Below are positions 25,418 to 39,225 of a stretch of 64,000 nucleotides of DNA, piece after piece. The position numbers and the translations under genes were made by a program. Location of the stretch: assembly GCA_951406725.2 (NCBI GenBank), contig OX597820.1:97154001-97218000 (forward strand), given 5' to 3'. Under the pieces are notes generated by a model that did no database searches, was not told where the DNA came from, and saw only the letters and a list, made by a program, of their open reading frames with translations. Within the stretch, counting starts at the first letter, position 1; the number at the start of each line of letters is the position of its first letter. Origin of the DNA: Octopus vulgaris. Lineage: Eukaryota.

Positions 25418-26607
25418 TCATCATCATCATCATTCATTTAGCGTCCGTTTTCCATGCTAGCATGGGTTGGACGGTTCAACTGGGGTCTGGGGAGCCCGAA
25501 GGCTGCACCAAGCCAGTCAGATCTGGCAGTGTTTCTACAGCTGGATGCCCTTCCTAACGCCAACCACTCCGAGAGTGTAGTGGGTGATTTTATGTGCCAC
25601 CGACACAGGTGCCAGACGAGGCTGGCGAACACCCACGCTTGGATGGTGTTTTTTATGTGCCACCGACACAGGTGCCAGACGAGGCTGGCAGACGGCCACG
25701 CTCGGATGGTGTTTTTATGTGCCACCGACACAGGTGCCAGATGAGGCTGGCGAAACGGCCACGATCGGATGGTGTTTGTTACGTGCCCACAGCACGGAGG
25801 CCAGTCGATGCGGTACTGGCTACGGCCATGTTCGGATGGTTTTCTTGTGTGCCACCGGCACTGGTACCACCGGCACTGGTACCACAAAGATACAAATTCC
25901 ATTGATGTTCATCTATTTTGATTTGTTTTGATTGATTTTCACTTGCCTCAACAGGTCTTCACAAGTGTCACAAGAAGGAAGGAAGGTATGCACAGGTGGA
26001 CTGACTACGTCCCAGGTAGGGGCCACGGGTTATGGCCTGACTAGTCTTGCCGGGTCTTCGGATGGTGTTTTTATGTGCCACCGATACAGGTGCCAGATGA
26101 GGCTGGCGAACAGCCACGATCGGATGGTGTTTGTTATGTGCCCACAGCACGGAGGCCAGTCAATGCGGTACTGGCTACGGCCACGTTCGGATGGCTTTCT
26201 TGTGTGCCACCGGCACTGGTATCACAAAGATACAAATTCCATTGATGTTCATCTATTTTGATTTGTTTTGATTTTCACTTGCCTCAAAAGGTCTTCACAA
26301 GTGTCACAAGAAGGAAGGTATGCACAGGTGGACTGACTACATCCCAGGTAGGGGCCACGGGTTATGGCCTGACTAGTCTTGCCGGGTCTTCGGATGGTGT
26401 TTTTATGTGCCACCGACACAGGTGCCAGATGAGGCTGGCAAACGGCCACGATCGGATGGTGTTTGTTATGTGCCCACAGCACGGAGGCCAGTCGATGCGA
26501 TACTGGCTACGGCCACGTTCGGATGGTTTTCTTGTGTGCCACCGGCACTGGTATCACAAAGATACAAATTCCATTGATGTTCATCTATTTTGATTTGTTT
26601 TGATTTT
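25418..26607 (-). mobile_element. RTE 3'-UTR element with short internal tandem units and a ~330-bp tandem duplication
   Basis: (CAT)n, GATGCCCTTCCTAACGCC motif; ~25935-26270 repeated at ~26271-26607. Confidence 0.8.
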
Positions 26608-26649
26608 TATATATATATGTATTTATATATATATATATATATATATATT

Positions 26650-28945
26650 GATAAAACGGTAAGATAACAAAAGAAAGAAAGAGACCTCAATATTATGTAA
26701 ATAGAGGAAATTTATCTATACAATATGTTACATTACTCGGTAGTCAAGATAAAACTCTGAGTTTCAGATGCCGAAGTGGAAATCCACAACACCATCTCTT
26801 CGGTTATCTGGCTATTTGAAAACGTTATGAAAAAATACCGTTAAAAATGAAGGGAAATTACTCTGTTATAACTCTGCTTTGCCTGCGTACTTATACATCG
26901 CTCGCATTTTTCGTCATAAAAATTATATAAAAATACATAAAAATATATATATATAAAAATATATAAATTCTTCTTGGGACATAACACAGAAAGCATGTTC
27001 TATCCGTTTTCCTTAGGGGACCAAAAACGTAACAGAAATTTAGTCACATGTGGGCATGATCCGAAAAGCTCTGTCGTTGTATTTAGACATGTGGTAGGGT
27101 CTAAGCTGCTTTTCCAGATAAGCCATCTCTCCATGTCGCATTAACCGCACCTTCCGCTGCCGTTAGTATAGGGCTTACATCTGGCCAAAATCTTCCATTG
27201 TATGTTATAATCGACACCTTTATCTCTTAAAGACCAAATATGATTGGATAATTGTGTCGCTTTTCTTTTGTTCCAGTGCCTAAAGCTCAAAGTGTGGTTA
27301 TTGAACCTGGCCTTGAAATTACCCTCTGTAAGGCCCACGTATTTCTTCGTCGAAACGGTGTCTTTAGTGGTTATAGAGTTTACGGTAGCTTCATATATGA
27401 TGGTCTTGGACATGCAAGTTCCATTTAGCGGACACAATTCTTTATTCCTGCATGAACAGCTGTTTTCTTCTTGTGTTTTTTGTATGTTATGATTGATTAT
27501 GTTTTTAAAATTGGTAGTTGAACTAAAACTAATTTTTAAATTGTGTCTATTGAAGAGTTTCCTATAAGCATGGTTAACTGGAAAATGTCTATCTATCAGT
27601 GCTAGGAAATATTTACCTATATTGAAGGCCACCTCGGGTGAGTAAGGGGCGTAAACCAGATGACCTTCCTATTTCTATTATTCCTTTTCCTTACTGTTGG
27701 GCTAGTGATAGGTGTATATTTTATTTTTTCGCTAAAAATCACTATCTTTTAAAGCTTTATTATAAACTGGGGCAATGCTATTGAAGATGTCCTCATTAGA
27801 TGAGAGGCTAGAAATCCTCTTACTAATATTTTTAACTAAATTTTTGAATACTATAGGGGGATGGCATGAACCTACATTAATATAACTTAGTCTATCATTG
27901 GGCTTCCTATAAGGCTTATAAATATTATTATTAAGATCTAAGGAAACGTCTAAGAAATTGACAACCGTCAGGTTAGTGTCTATAGTTATACTAAGTCCGA
28001 AGTGTTTCATTAACTGGATAATATCCTTCCTAAAACGATCTTGTGCTGGTCCATTTGTATTAGCTGTTAAGGCGAGGGCATCATCTTTGTAGATGGCGAA
28101 ATGTACGTTAGGGAATGTCTTACCGAAGGTATCTAGGAGAAAGAGTCCAATTAGATCACAGATGCCTGCCCCATCATATGAACCCATGCTCACATCGAAA
28201 GCGCCCTCCGTGTCGGTGTTTTTTACCCACTTTGCATTCTCACTGAAAAGTAATGTCTTTCTAGCATGGAAGATTATATCCTTATCATTGGTACTAATTT
28301 CTATGAAGTCACTAGCGAAGATTAGGGCTTTATCTAGCAGTTCTTTAGAGATAGAGGCATAAAAATCAACAATATCGAATTGTGTAAACCTCGCTTTTTT
28401 CTTATTCTTAATAGCTTTAAACCAGTCTACGACTTCTATACTATTGGACCATTGCATTAGCCTAGTATCGGTCTTAATTTTCGTATTTATTTTATCTAAA
28501 ATTTCTTTGCTAATAATCCCTAGTTCTGACTTGGCTGGGTGATAAGCCTACATTTAGGGTTGGAAAGGAAGTTTTCTTTGTGATCTTTAATAGTAATAAA
28601 GGCCTCTTTTTGGGGGAGGGCTTCTATTTTTTTATCTAATTTAAGTTTAGCAGCGATGACGCTAGCTTCTTTATTAATTTCGTTATATGTCTGTGCCCTA
28701 GCCTTAGTATAATTATTAATGATGCTGTTGTGTAAGAGTTGTGTGTATTTGCTGTTATCTACCAGGTATAAGTTCTTGGTTTTATCCGAAAAAAGTGCTT
28801 TTTTCTTGGAGCTTTTTATATGATTAATATCTTTTTTCAATTTATGTTGGAAATCGTTAAAAGACTTACAAAATTTTATTTTGCTCATGATTTTCAGCAG
28901 GTCCGCTTCGAAATCTTCCAAGCCTTTAATCCTGGGAGGGAATTT
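26650..28945 (-). mobile_element. Penelope-like retroelement, 5'-truncated and disrupted (RT + GIY-YIG), left arm
   Basis: FDIVDFY, MGSYDGA, YKDD, NFLDV; IIYEA...KYVGLT GIY-YIG. Confidence 0.92.
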
Positions 28946-28950
28946 TTTGG

Positions 28951-30896
28951 ATAACGAAATTAATAAAGAAGCTAGCGTCATTGCCGCTAAACTTAAATTA
29001 GATAAAAAAATAGAAGCCCTCCCCCAAAAAGAGGCCTTTATTACTATTAAAGATCACAAAGAAAACTTCCTTTCCAACCCTAAATGTAGGCTTATCAACC
29101 CAGCCAAGTCAGAACTAGGGATTATTAGCAAAGAAATTTTAGATAAAATAAATACGAAAATTAAGACCGATACTAGGCTAGTGTAATGGTCCAATAGTAT
29201 AGAAGTCGTAGACTGGTTTAAAGCTATTAAGAATAAGAAAAAGCGAGGTTTACACAATTCGATATTGTTGATTTTTATGCCTCTATCTCTAAAGAACTGC
29301 TAGATAAAGCCCTAATCTTCGCTAGTGACTTCATAGAAATTAGTACCAATGATAAGGATATAATCTTCCATGCTAGAAAGACATTACTTTTCAGTGAGAA
29401 TGCAAAGTGGGTAAAAAACACCGACACAGAGGGCGCTTTCGATGTGAGCATGGGTTCATATGATGGGGCAGGCATCTGTGATCTAATTGGACTCTTTCTC
29501 CTAGATACCTTCGGTAAGACATTCCCTAACGTACATTTCGCCATCTACAAAGATGATGCCCTAGCCTTAACAGCTAATACAAATGGACCAGCACAAGATC
29601 GTTTTAGGAAGGATATTATCCAGTTAATGAAACACTTCGGACTTAGTATAACTATAGACACTAACCTGACGGTTGTCAATTTCTTAGACGTTTCCTTAGA
29701 TCTTAATAATAATATTTATAAGCCTTATAGGAAGCCCAATGATAGACTAAGTTATATTAATGTAGGTTCATGCCATCCCCCTATAGTATTCAAAAATTTA
29801 GTTAAAAATATTAGTAAGAGGATTTCTAGCCTCTCATCTAATGAGGACATCTTCAATAGCATTGCCCCAGTTTATAATAAAGCTTTAAAAGATAGTGATT
29901 TTTAGCGAAAAAATAAAATATACACCTATCACTAGCCCAACAGTAAGGAAAAGGAATAATAGAAATAGGAAGGTCATCTGGTTTACGCCCCTTACTCACC
30001 CGAGGTGGCCTTCAATATAGGTAAATATTTCCTAGCACTGATAGATAGACATTTTCCAGTTAACCATGCTTATAGGAAACTCTTCAATAGACACAATTTA
30101 AAAATTAGTTTTAGTTCAACTACCAATTTTAAAAACATAATCAATCATAACATACAAAAAACACAAGAAGAAAACAGCTGTTCATGCAGGAATAAAGAAT
30201 TGTGCCCGCTAAATGGAACTTGCATGTCCAAGACCATCATATATGAAGCTACCGTAAACTCTATAACCACTAAAGACACCGTTTCGACGAAGAAATACGT
30301 GGGCCTTACAGAGGGTAATTTCAAGGCCAGGTTCAATAACCACACTTTGAGCTTTAGGCACTGGAACAAAAGAAAAGCGACACAATTATCCAATCATATT
30401 TGGTCTTTAAGAGATAAAGGTGTCGATTATAACATACAATGGAAGATTTTGGCCAGATGTAAGCCCTATACTAACGGCAGCGGAAGGTGCGGTTTATGCG
30501 ACATGGAGAGATGGCTTATCTGGAAAAGCAGCTTAGACCCTACCACATGTCTAAATACAAGGACAGAGCTTTTCGGATCATGCCCACATGTGACTAAATT
30601 TCTGTTACGTTTTTGGTCCCCTAAGGAAAACGGATAGAACATGCTTTCTGTGTTATGTCCCAAGAAGAATTTATATATTTTTATGTATTTTTATATAATT
30701 TTTATGACGAAAAATGCGAGCGATGTATAAGTACGCAGGCAAAGCAGAGTTATAACAGAGTAATTTCCCTTCATTTTTAACGGTATTTTTTCATAACGTT
30801 TTCAAATAGCCAGATAACCGAAGAGATGGTGTTGTGGATTTCCACTTCGGCATCTGAAACTCAGAGTTTTATCTTGACTACCGAGTAATGTAACAT

Positions 30897-30902
<6 letters not shown>
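28951..30902 (+). mobile_element. Penelope-like retroelement, inverted near-identical copy, right arm
   Basis: Reverse complement of ~26718-28686; GIY-YIG ORF 30005-30637. Confidence 0.92.
30812..30874 (+). ncRNA. Variant hammerhead motif in Penelope terminal repeat (mirror copy 26747-26809 on minus)
   Basis: AGATAA-CCGAAGA-GATG...CATC-T-GAAA-CTCAGAG-TT-TTATCT. Confidence 0.6.
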
Positions 30903-30942
<40 letters not shown>

Positions 30943-30965
30943 TTCATATATGTATGTATTTATAT

Positions 30966-33747
30966 ATGGCTGGTGACTTCAATGGTCACGTTGGACGACA
31001 TGCTGGGGACTTCCATGGTGTACATGAAGGCTATGGCTATGTTTCCCGCAACGGGGAGGGAACCAGGCTGCTGGAGTTCTGCGATGCAAAATCATTCTAT
31101 GGTTTGCAACACTAACTTCAGGAAACCTACCAGCCACCTAGTCACCTACCGATCGGGCCAACATACCAGCCAAATTGACTACATATTTGCCAGGAAAAGG
31201 GAAAGATGGCTGCTTATAAAAGCCAAAACTTTCCCAGGCGAAGAATGTACCCCGAAACATAGACTGGTAGTTAGTGACTTTAGGATCAGGACTACGAGGA
31301 CAACCAGAAGACGACCAACATGGAGAAGAAGGATCTGGAAGCTTAAAGATCCTGCGAATGGACAGAGATTTAGGGACATGTTACTTGAAGCCTTTGACGA
31401 AGTAGAAGGGGATAGAGTATCACATGGGGTTGAAGGCAACTGGACGTTTCTAAGGGACAACCTGCTGAGAGCCACTGACCAGATCTGTGGCTGGTGCAAA
31501 GTCCCCTCTCGTCCCAAGGTAACGTGGTGGTGGAACAATGTTGTAGACAGGGCTATTAGAGAAAAGAGACAGGCATGGAAGGACTGGAAGAATGGTGGTA
31601 GCAGGGAATTGTATCAGACTGCCAAAAGGGAAGCTAGGAGACAGGTCTATCTAGCCAGAGGGGAAGCAGATAAGAAAAAAATTTGCCAATGTTCTCAAAG
31701 ACTGGAGGTGTTTCGTGTTGCAAGACGGTGTGTGAGAGAGAATTGTGATGTGGTAGGAGAGAAATGTGTTCGCATGGAAGATGGTTCACTTGCGCTAAAT
31801 GAGGACGCAAAGAGAGAGGTTTGGAGACGCCACTATGAAAGGTTGCTGAATAAAGAAAATGAATGGGATAACTGGAGTCTGCCGAATGTCAACCCAACAG
31901 AAGGACCAGCTATCCGAGTTGACAGTTCATTGGTAGTTAAGGCAATTAGAAGCATGAAGACAGGGAAAGCCCCAGGCCCATCAAGAATCACTGCAGAGAT
32001 GCTCAAAATATCTGGTAGTGTCAGCTATAGCCTAGTCACCCGTATAGTTAATCAGGTGATACATGAAGGAGTCATATCCAATGACTGGTGTAGCAGCATA
32101 ATAGTTAACTGCTACAAAGGTAAAGGTGATGCCCTAGATACAAATAATTACAGAGGTATCAAGCTGTTGGATCAGGTAATGAAAGTTACGGAGAGGGTCA
32201 TAGCCCAACTAATTACAGAGAGAGTTAGTTTAGATGAGATGCAGTTTGGGTTCGTGCCAGGGAAAAGTACCACTGATACTATATTCCTGGTAAGGCAGCT
32301 GCACGAGTACAGTGAAGAATTCCGGGTAGAGGTTGGGGTCCACCAAGGCTCAGTCCTCAGCCCCCTCCTATTTATCATAGTCCTCCAGGCAATAACGGAG
32401 CAATTTAAGACAGGATGCCCCTGGGAGCTCCTCTATGCCGATGACCTTGCTCTAATTGCTGAGTCACTATCAGAACTGGAGAAGTTTCAGGTATGGAAGC
32501 AAGGATTAGAATCGAAGGGCCTTAGAGTCAATCTAGCTAAAACCAAAGTCCTAATAAGTAGGAAGGTAGACAAATCACAAACGCCTTCAGGTAGATGGCC
32601 CTGCTCGATCTGTAGAAAAGGTGTAGGTAGAAACTCTATAAGATGCACCAAGTGTAAGCTATGGACACATAAGAGGTGCAGCAATGTCAAAGGAAGGCTA
32701 ACTAGGAAGATAGTTTTCGTATGTGGCAGATGCTCAGGAGCAATAAACACTGAAAATGCTCTGAGACCAACTTCTGCCACATTCCAGGGAGAAAAACTAG
32801 AAATAGTTGATAGCTTCCGTTACCTAGGTGACCAAGTCGGTAGCTGGGGTGTAACTGCTAGAGTAAGAATAGCTTGGGCAAAGTTCAGAGAGCTCTTGCC
32901 TCAGCTGGTGACTAAAGGCCTCTCGCTCAGAGTAAAAGGCAGACTGTATGACGCGTGTGTACGAACACCCATGCTACATGGCAGTGAAACTAGGGCCTTG
33001 ACTGCTGAGGATATGCGTAAGCTCTCAAGAAATGAAACCAGTATTCTCCGATGGATGTGCAATGTCAGTGTCCATACTCGTATGCTGTACGTGAGAAGAC
33101 TCGGCAGGACAAATGAGACTATAACCCGTGGCCTCTACACGGGATGTAGCCAGTCCACTTATGCATACCGTTCCTTCTTGGGACGCAAAACTCTACTTGT
33201 GAAGACTTGTTGAGGCAAGTGAGAATCGAAATCGATCAACATCAATGGAAATTGCAGCTGTTATACTAGTGCCGGTGGCACGTAAGAGAACCATCCGAAC
33301 GTGGCCGTTGCCAGTGCCGCCCCGACTGGCCTCATGCCGGTGGCGCGTAAAAAGCACCATCTGTTCGTGGCCGTTGCCAGCCTCCCCTGGCCCCCGTGCC
33401 GGTGGCACGTGAAAAGCACCCACTACACTCACGGAAGACTTGTTGAGGCAAGTGAGAATCGAAATCGATCAACATCAATGGAAATTGCAGCTGTGATACT
33501 AGTGCCGGTGGCACGTAAGAGAGCCATCCGAACGTGGCCGTTGCCAGCGCCGCCCCGACTGGCCTCGTGCCGGTGGGGCGTAAAAAGCACCCACTACACT
33601 CACGGAGTGGTTGGCGTTAGGAAGGGCATCCAGCCGTAGAAGCATTGCCAGATCAGACTGGGCCTAGTGCAGCCTTCTAGCTTCCCAGACCCCAGTTGAA
33701 CCGTCCAACCCAAGCTAGCATAGAAAGCGGGCGCTAAACGATGATTA

Positions 33748-33748
<1 letters not shown>
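30966..33748 (+). mobile_element. 5'-truncated RTE LINE with two internal deletions
   Basis: Starts at the same base as the 51750 copy; lacks the DxEKAFD segment (~32303) and ORF end (~33080); LLYADD present. Confidence 0.9.
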
Positions 33749-33783
<35 letters not shown>

Positions 33784-33786
33784 CAT

Positions 33787-35530
33787 AGAGGTATCAAACT
33801 GTTGGACCAGGTGATGAAGGTCTCAGAGAAGGTCATAACCAATCTCATTAGGGAGAGAATTTGTTTAGATGAAATGCAGTTCGGTTTTGTACCAGGTAGA
33901 AGCACCACTGATGCTATATTCCTGGTCCGACAACTGCAGGAGAAGTACCTAGCTAAAGATAAACCCCTCTACATAGCTTTTGTAGACTTGGAGAAAGCCT
34001 TTGACAGGGTTCCCCGTTCCCTTATCTGGTGGTCGATGCGGAAACTGGAGATTGAAGAATGGCTAATAAGGGCTGCACAGGCTCTATACAGAGAGGCTGT
34101 CAGCAAGGTTAGGATTGGCAACGAATATAGTGAAGAATTCCGAGTAGAAGTAGGTGTGCACCAGGGCTCAGCCCTCAGTCCCCTTTTATTCATCATAGTC
34201 CTTCAGGCAATAACAGAGGAATTCAAAACGGGATGCCCCTGGGAGCTCCTCTATGCCGATGACCTAGCTCTCATAGCAGAATCACTACCGGAACTAGAAG
34301 AGAAATTTCGGGTGTGGAAGCAAGGGTTGGAATCAAAGGGCCTTAGAATAAATGTAGCAAAGACCAAAGTATTAGTAAGCAGCAAGAGGTACTCAGCACA
34401 CATCCCCTCGGGTAGGTGGCCCTGCTCAACCTGTAGGAAAGGTACAGGTAGAAACTCCATAAGATGCACCCAATGTAAGTTATGGACACATAAGAGGTGC
34501 AGCAACATTAAAGGGAAATTAACAGATAAGATAGCTTTCATGTGCGGCAGATGCACAGGGACAATAGACACAACAGACACTCAGAAAACAGATTCCATCA
34601 CACTCCAGGGAGAGAAACTAGAAGTAGTTGATAGTTTCCGCTACCTGGGAGACCAAGTTAGTAGCGGAGGTGGATGCACAGAGAGTATCACCACTAGAAT
34701 ACGAATAGCCTGGGCAAAGTTCAGAAAGCTCCTACCCCTACTGGCAACAAAAGGTCTCTCCCTCAGAGCAAAAGGTAGATTGTATGATGCATGTGTGCGA
34801 ACTGCCATGCTTCACGGTAATGAAACATGGGCTGTGACTGCAGAAGACATGCGTAGACTTGAAAGAAATGAAGCTAGCATGATCTGCTGGATGTGTAGTG
34901 TCAGTGTGCACGCAAAACAGAGTGTAAGTATCCTGAGAGAAATGCTGGATATAAGAAGCATCAGATGTGGTGTGCAAGAGCGACGCTTGCGATGGTATGG
35001 TCATGTGCTGCGGATGGATGAAGAGAGATGTGTGAAGAAGTGCCACTCCCAAACAGTTGAAGGTATCAGGGGGAGAGGTAGACCCAGGAAGACATGGGAT
35101 GAGGTGGTCAAGCATGACCTCAGAGCATTGGGCCTCACTGAGGCAATGGCGAAGGACCGAGATCTCTGGAGATATGCTGTGACTACAAAGACCCGGGCTG
35201 CTTTCTGCAGCAATTCCACATACCCCCTACCCATTCTAAGTACCCCGGATCCCCAAAGTACCCCGGACCTCGTTGCCCCGTGCCGCTGACACGTTAAAAT
35301 GCTCGAACCGATCGTGACGATGCCGGACCCTCCGGCCCCTGTGCAGGTGGCACGTAAAAGCACCCAATCCACTCACGGAGTGGTTGGCGTTAGGAAGGGC
35401 ATCCAGCCGTAGAAACTCTGCCAGATTCAGACTGGAGCCTGGAGCGGCCCCTGGCTTCCCAGACCCGGTCAAACCGTCCAACCCGTGCTAGCGCGGAAAG
35501 CGGACGTTAAACGATGATGATGATGATGAT
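33787..35530 (+). mobile_element. 5'-truncated RTE LINE, second subfamily, open RT frame
   Basis: FVDLEKAFDRV, GVHQGS, LLYADD, PHD insert, RGRGRPRKTW; (GAT)n tail. Confidence 0.92.
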
Positions 35531-35813
35531 ATGTATATATTTATATATATATACATACATATATGTATGTATTTATATATATATATACATACATATATGT
35601 ATGTATTTATATATATATATACATACATATAGGTATGTATTTATATATATATATACATATAGGTATGTATTTGTATATATATACATACATATATATGTAT
35701 TTATATATATATATACATATATATATATGTATTTATATATATATATATATACGTGTATTTATATATATATACATACATATATATGTATGTATATATGTAT
35801 TTATATATATATG

Positions 35814-35874
<61 letters not shown>

Positions 35875-36145
35875 CATATATACATGTATTTATATATATA
35901 TATATACATATATATGTATTTATATATATATATATATACATACATATGTATTTATATATATATATATATATATACATACATATGTATTTATATATATATA
36001 TATATATACATACATATGTATTTATATATATATATATATATATACATACATATGTATTTATATATATATATATATACATACATATGTATTTATATATATA
36101 TACATACATATGTTTTTATATATATATATATATATATATATACAT

Positions 36146-36611
36146 AATAGAAATATTAAAATTACTAAGTCTCTCTAAAAGAGAACAACGGCAGCGTTCC
36201 CGGAAAATATTAGTTATCGCCATACTAATATGGCATTCTTATAAAAATAAGAATAAAGCTGACCGCTTATTAGCTCCATGAGGCCATCGCCTTAAGTTAG
36301 CTATTTGATACACAAACTGTATCCATATAACCTTTGAACAAGGGAGGTCAGTCGCTCCACACTACTTGGCCGGCAGCTACAGACGCGTTTCGGGGTATTG
36401 CCCCTTTTCAATGCAGCATAGCCAAACCAGTAGGTGTCGCTTCCGACAATCTCTGTTCAAAGGTTTTATTTACCTAGCTTCGGTGGAATACATCCACTTG
36501 TTTTCAATAATAGAAATATTAAAATTACTAAGTCTCTCTAAAAGAGAACAACGGCAGCGTTCCCGGAAAATATTAGTTATCGCCATACTAATATGGCATT
36601 CTTATAAAAAT
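36146..36611 (-). mobile_element. Short partial-tandem element (~361-bp period) with hammerhead-like motif
   Basis: ~105-bp direct repeat 36146-36250 / 36507-36611; motif at 36376-36417. Confidence 0.7.
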
Positions 36612-36642
36612 ATGCGTATTTATATATATATACATATATACA

Positions 36643-37034
36643 CTCTTTACTCTTTTACTTGTTTCAGTCATTTGACTGCGGCCATGCTGGAGCACCGCCT
36701 TTAGTCGAGCAAATCGACCCCGGGACTTATTCTTTGTAAGCCCAGTACTTATTTTATCGGTCTCTTTTGCCGAACCGCTAAGTGACGGGGACGTAAACAC
36801 ACCAGCATTGGTTGTCAAGCAATGCTAGAGGGACAAACACAGACACACAAACATATATACACACATACATATATATATATACGACAGGCTTCTTTCAGTT
36901 TCCGTCTACCAAATCCATTGGTCGGCCCGTGGCTATAGCAGAAGATGCTTGACCAAGATGCCATGCAGTGGGACTGAACCCGGAACCATGTGGTTGGTTA
37001 GCAAGCTACTTACCACACAGCCACTCCTGCACCT
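36643..37034 (-). mobile_element. tRNA-derived SINE, near full length
   Basis: Head GGAGTGGCTGTGTGGTAAG...GGGTTCAGTCCC; tail GGCGGTGCTCCAGCATGGCC..CTGAAACAAGTAAAAGAG. Confidence 0.85.
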
Positions 37035-37199
37035 ATATATACATATACATATATATATATAAATACATATATATGTATATATATATATACAAAGAATAAG
37101 TCCCGGGGTCGATTTGCTCGACTAAAGGTGGTGCTCCAGCATGGCCGCAGTTAAATGACTGAAACAAGTAAAAGAGTAAGAGTATATGTATATATATAT

Positions 37200-38430
37200 A
37201 TGTTGCGGCCAAAATGTTCAGAATGGCATTGTTTTCGTCAGAAAAGTAGGTATAAGTTTTTATCAAAGTTGCTTTATATTCTATAATTTTCACAGACAAT
37301 AAATACGATATTAATTATTATTGTCGGAGATTTTGGTGTAATTTGAGAGGATATTACAAAAGTTATGGATGATTTAGTGATTTACTGCAAAACCCATGGC
37401 GGCCAAAATGATCAGAACGGTTGAAAAAAATAACAAAATAATCAAAAATGACAGAGAATACTGGAATTATTTAATATTTAGTGTGAAGCCCTTTAGCTTC
37501 AATTACACTTTGACATCTTCAACTGTATGAGGAAATTTAGTTTTCAATTTCTTGCTGGGTGATCTTATTCCATAATTGCTCGGTTGTTTTAGGGTTTCTG
37601 GCTTTCGAACGTTCTCCTAGAATATTCCACACATTTTCAATAGGATTGAGATCTGGGTTTTGAGCAGGCCAATCCATAACAATAATCTTTTCATCCTTGA
37701 GAAAGTTCATGACCACCTTAGCCTTGTGACATGGGGCATTGTCCTGCGTGAATATGGGTGGTCGCTTAGTTGAATTTCTCAGCACAGGCAAGACATGATC
37801 TTTTACAAGTTGTTTATAAACTCCTGCATTTACCTTTCCATGTAATCGCACCAAAGGGCCCACACCATCTCCCAAACCATGACACTTCCTCCACCGAATT
37901 TAACACTAGTCTTAAGGCATTTAGGCGACAATTTTTCACCTACTTTTCGATGAACGTATCTTTTCCCATCTGAGCCAAATAACATAAACTTAGATTCATC
38001 ACGGAAATGCACCGTTTGCCATTTTTCTTGAGACCACAACACATGTTCGGTTGCAAAGGTAAGACGACAATTTTTATTCTTGGAGTTGATCAGTGGCTTC
38101 ACTGCAGGTGATCTTGCTTGTAGGTTATGTTCAACTAAACGACGAGACAGTTTTTCGAGATAAAGTTTTCTTCAGTACAATGCTCATTTCCCGAGAAACA
38201 GCAGCAGCAGTTTTAAATCTGTCCTTTTTAACCAACTTTACCATAGCACGATCTTCTCTCTTGGTCGCTTTTGTATTGTCCTCTCAAATTACACAAAAAT
38301 CTCAGACAATAACAATTAATATCGTATTTATTGTGTGTGAAAATTATAGAAACAAAAACAACTTTGATAAAAACTTATACCTACTTTTCTGACAAAAACA
38401 ATGCCGTTCTGAACATTTTGGCCGCAACTG
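37200..38430 (-). mobile_element. Tc1-family DNA transposon (DD34E), frameshifted
   Basis: ~150-bp TIRs ending GGCCGCAACTG|TA; DESKF, QDNAPCH, DLNPIEN with 34 residues between D and E. Confidence 0.9.
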
Positions 38431-38775
38431 TACATATACATACATATTGATATTGATATTAATAACTTCACAGCACACATTCTACGCCATAGTAACAACA
38501 ACCAAAGATGGTGCTATGGCCTTTTCTTTGATAATATCTTTCTTGCTTATTTAAATTCAGTTCAATGCACACTTGCCTTGAACCAACCACTTCTCTTTGT
38601 GTGTGTGTGTTCTTGATAATCGTTTAGAACAAGTAGTTTTACACCAATTACACTATTTTTTCCTTTTTTCCGGCCCGGGTCAAACACTATAGTTTAAAGG
38701 CCATGGACTGAAGATGTGAATTTTTTTTTCTTCTTGTTTTTGTGCAGTGAAATAATAGTTTAACCATACAGAGCC

Positions 38776-39150
38776 CTTACCTGTCGACCAAGGCGGGATG
38801 AGCGATCACTGCCCTTATCGTGAAGAAAAACAGGGTCCTGCCACACTTGCCGTCTCTTATTGAACTGCGCCGACGTGTTTCCTGTCCGCGCATGCGCCCG
38901 TTGCTCTTTCGCCGGCGTCTGCATCTCTTCACTTCCGTTTACCTCAATATGCAATCCTCATGACCATCACCCCAGAGCTCATTACAGCCCATAACACCAT
39001 ACATACGCTTTTAGAAGACCAAACTTTGTGCGCACGAGTTTGAGGAGCTTTACGATGGTACTACAACGTGACTAGTCGATCCTACAACGACTACTTTGAA
39101 AGTAAATAACACAATGTAAGGATCGACTAGTCATGACTAGCTGGCGTGTG
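38776..39150 (-). promoter_or_regulatory. Putative promoter, first exon and donor for ZNF-A
   Basis: CAG|GTAAG at 38783-38776; GCGCATGCGC 38888-38897; CACTTCCG; CpG-rich. Confidence 0.6.
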
Positions 39151-39193
39151 TGTGTGTGCTTTTTGGCTGTGTATGTGTGTGCTTCTTCTTGTC

Positions 39194-39225
<32 letters not shown>

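Noticed and set aside
30898-33213. 771-aa ORF as an intact LINE protein
   Set aside because: N-terminus comes from microsatellite and a shifted frame; internal deletions remove an RT motif and the C-terminus
36960-37034. tRNA gene
   Set aside because: A/B-box-like head continues into a SINE body; no complete cloverleaf
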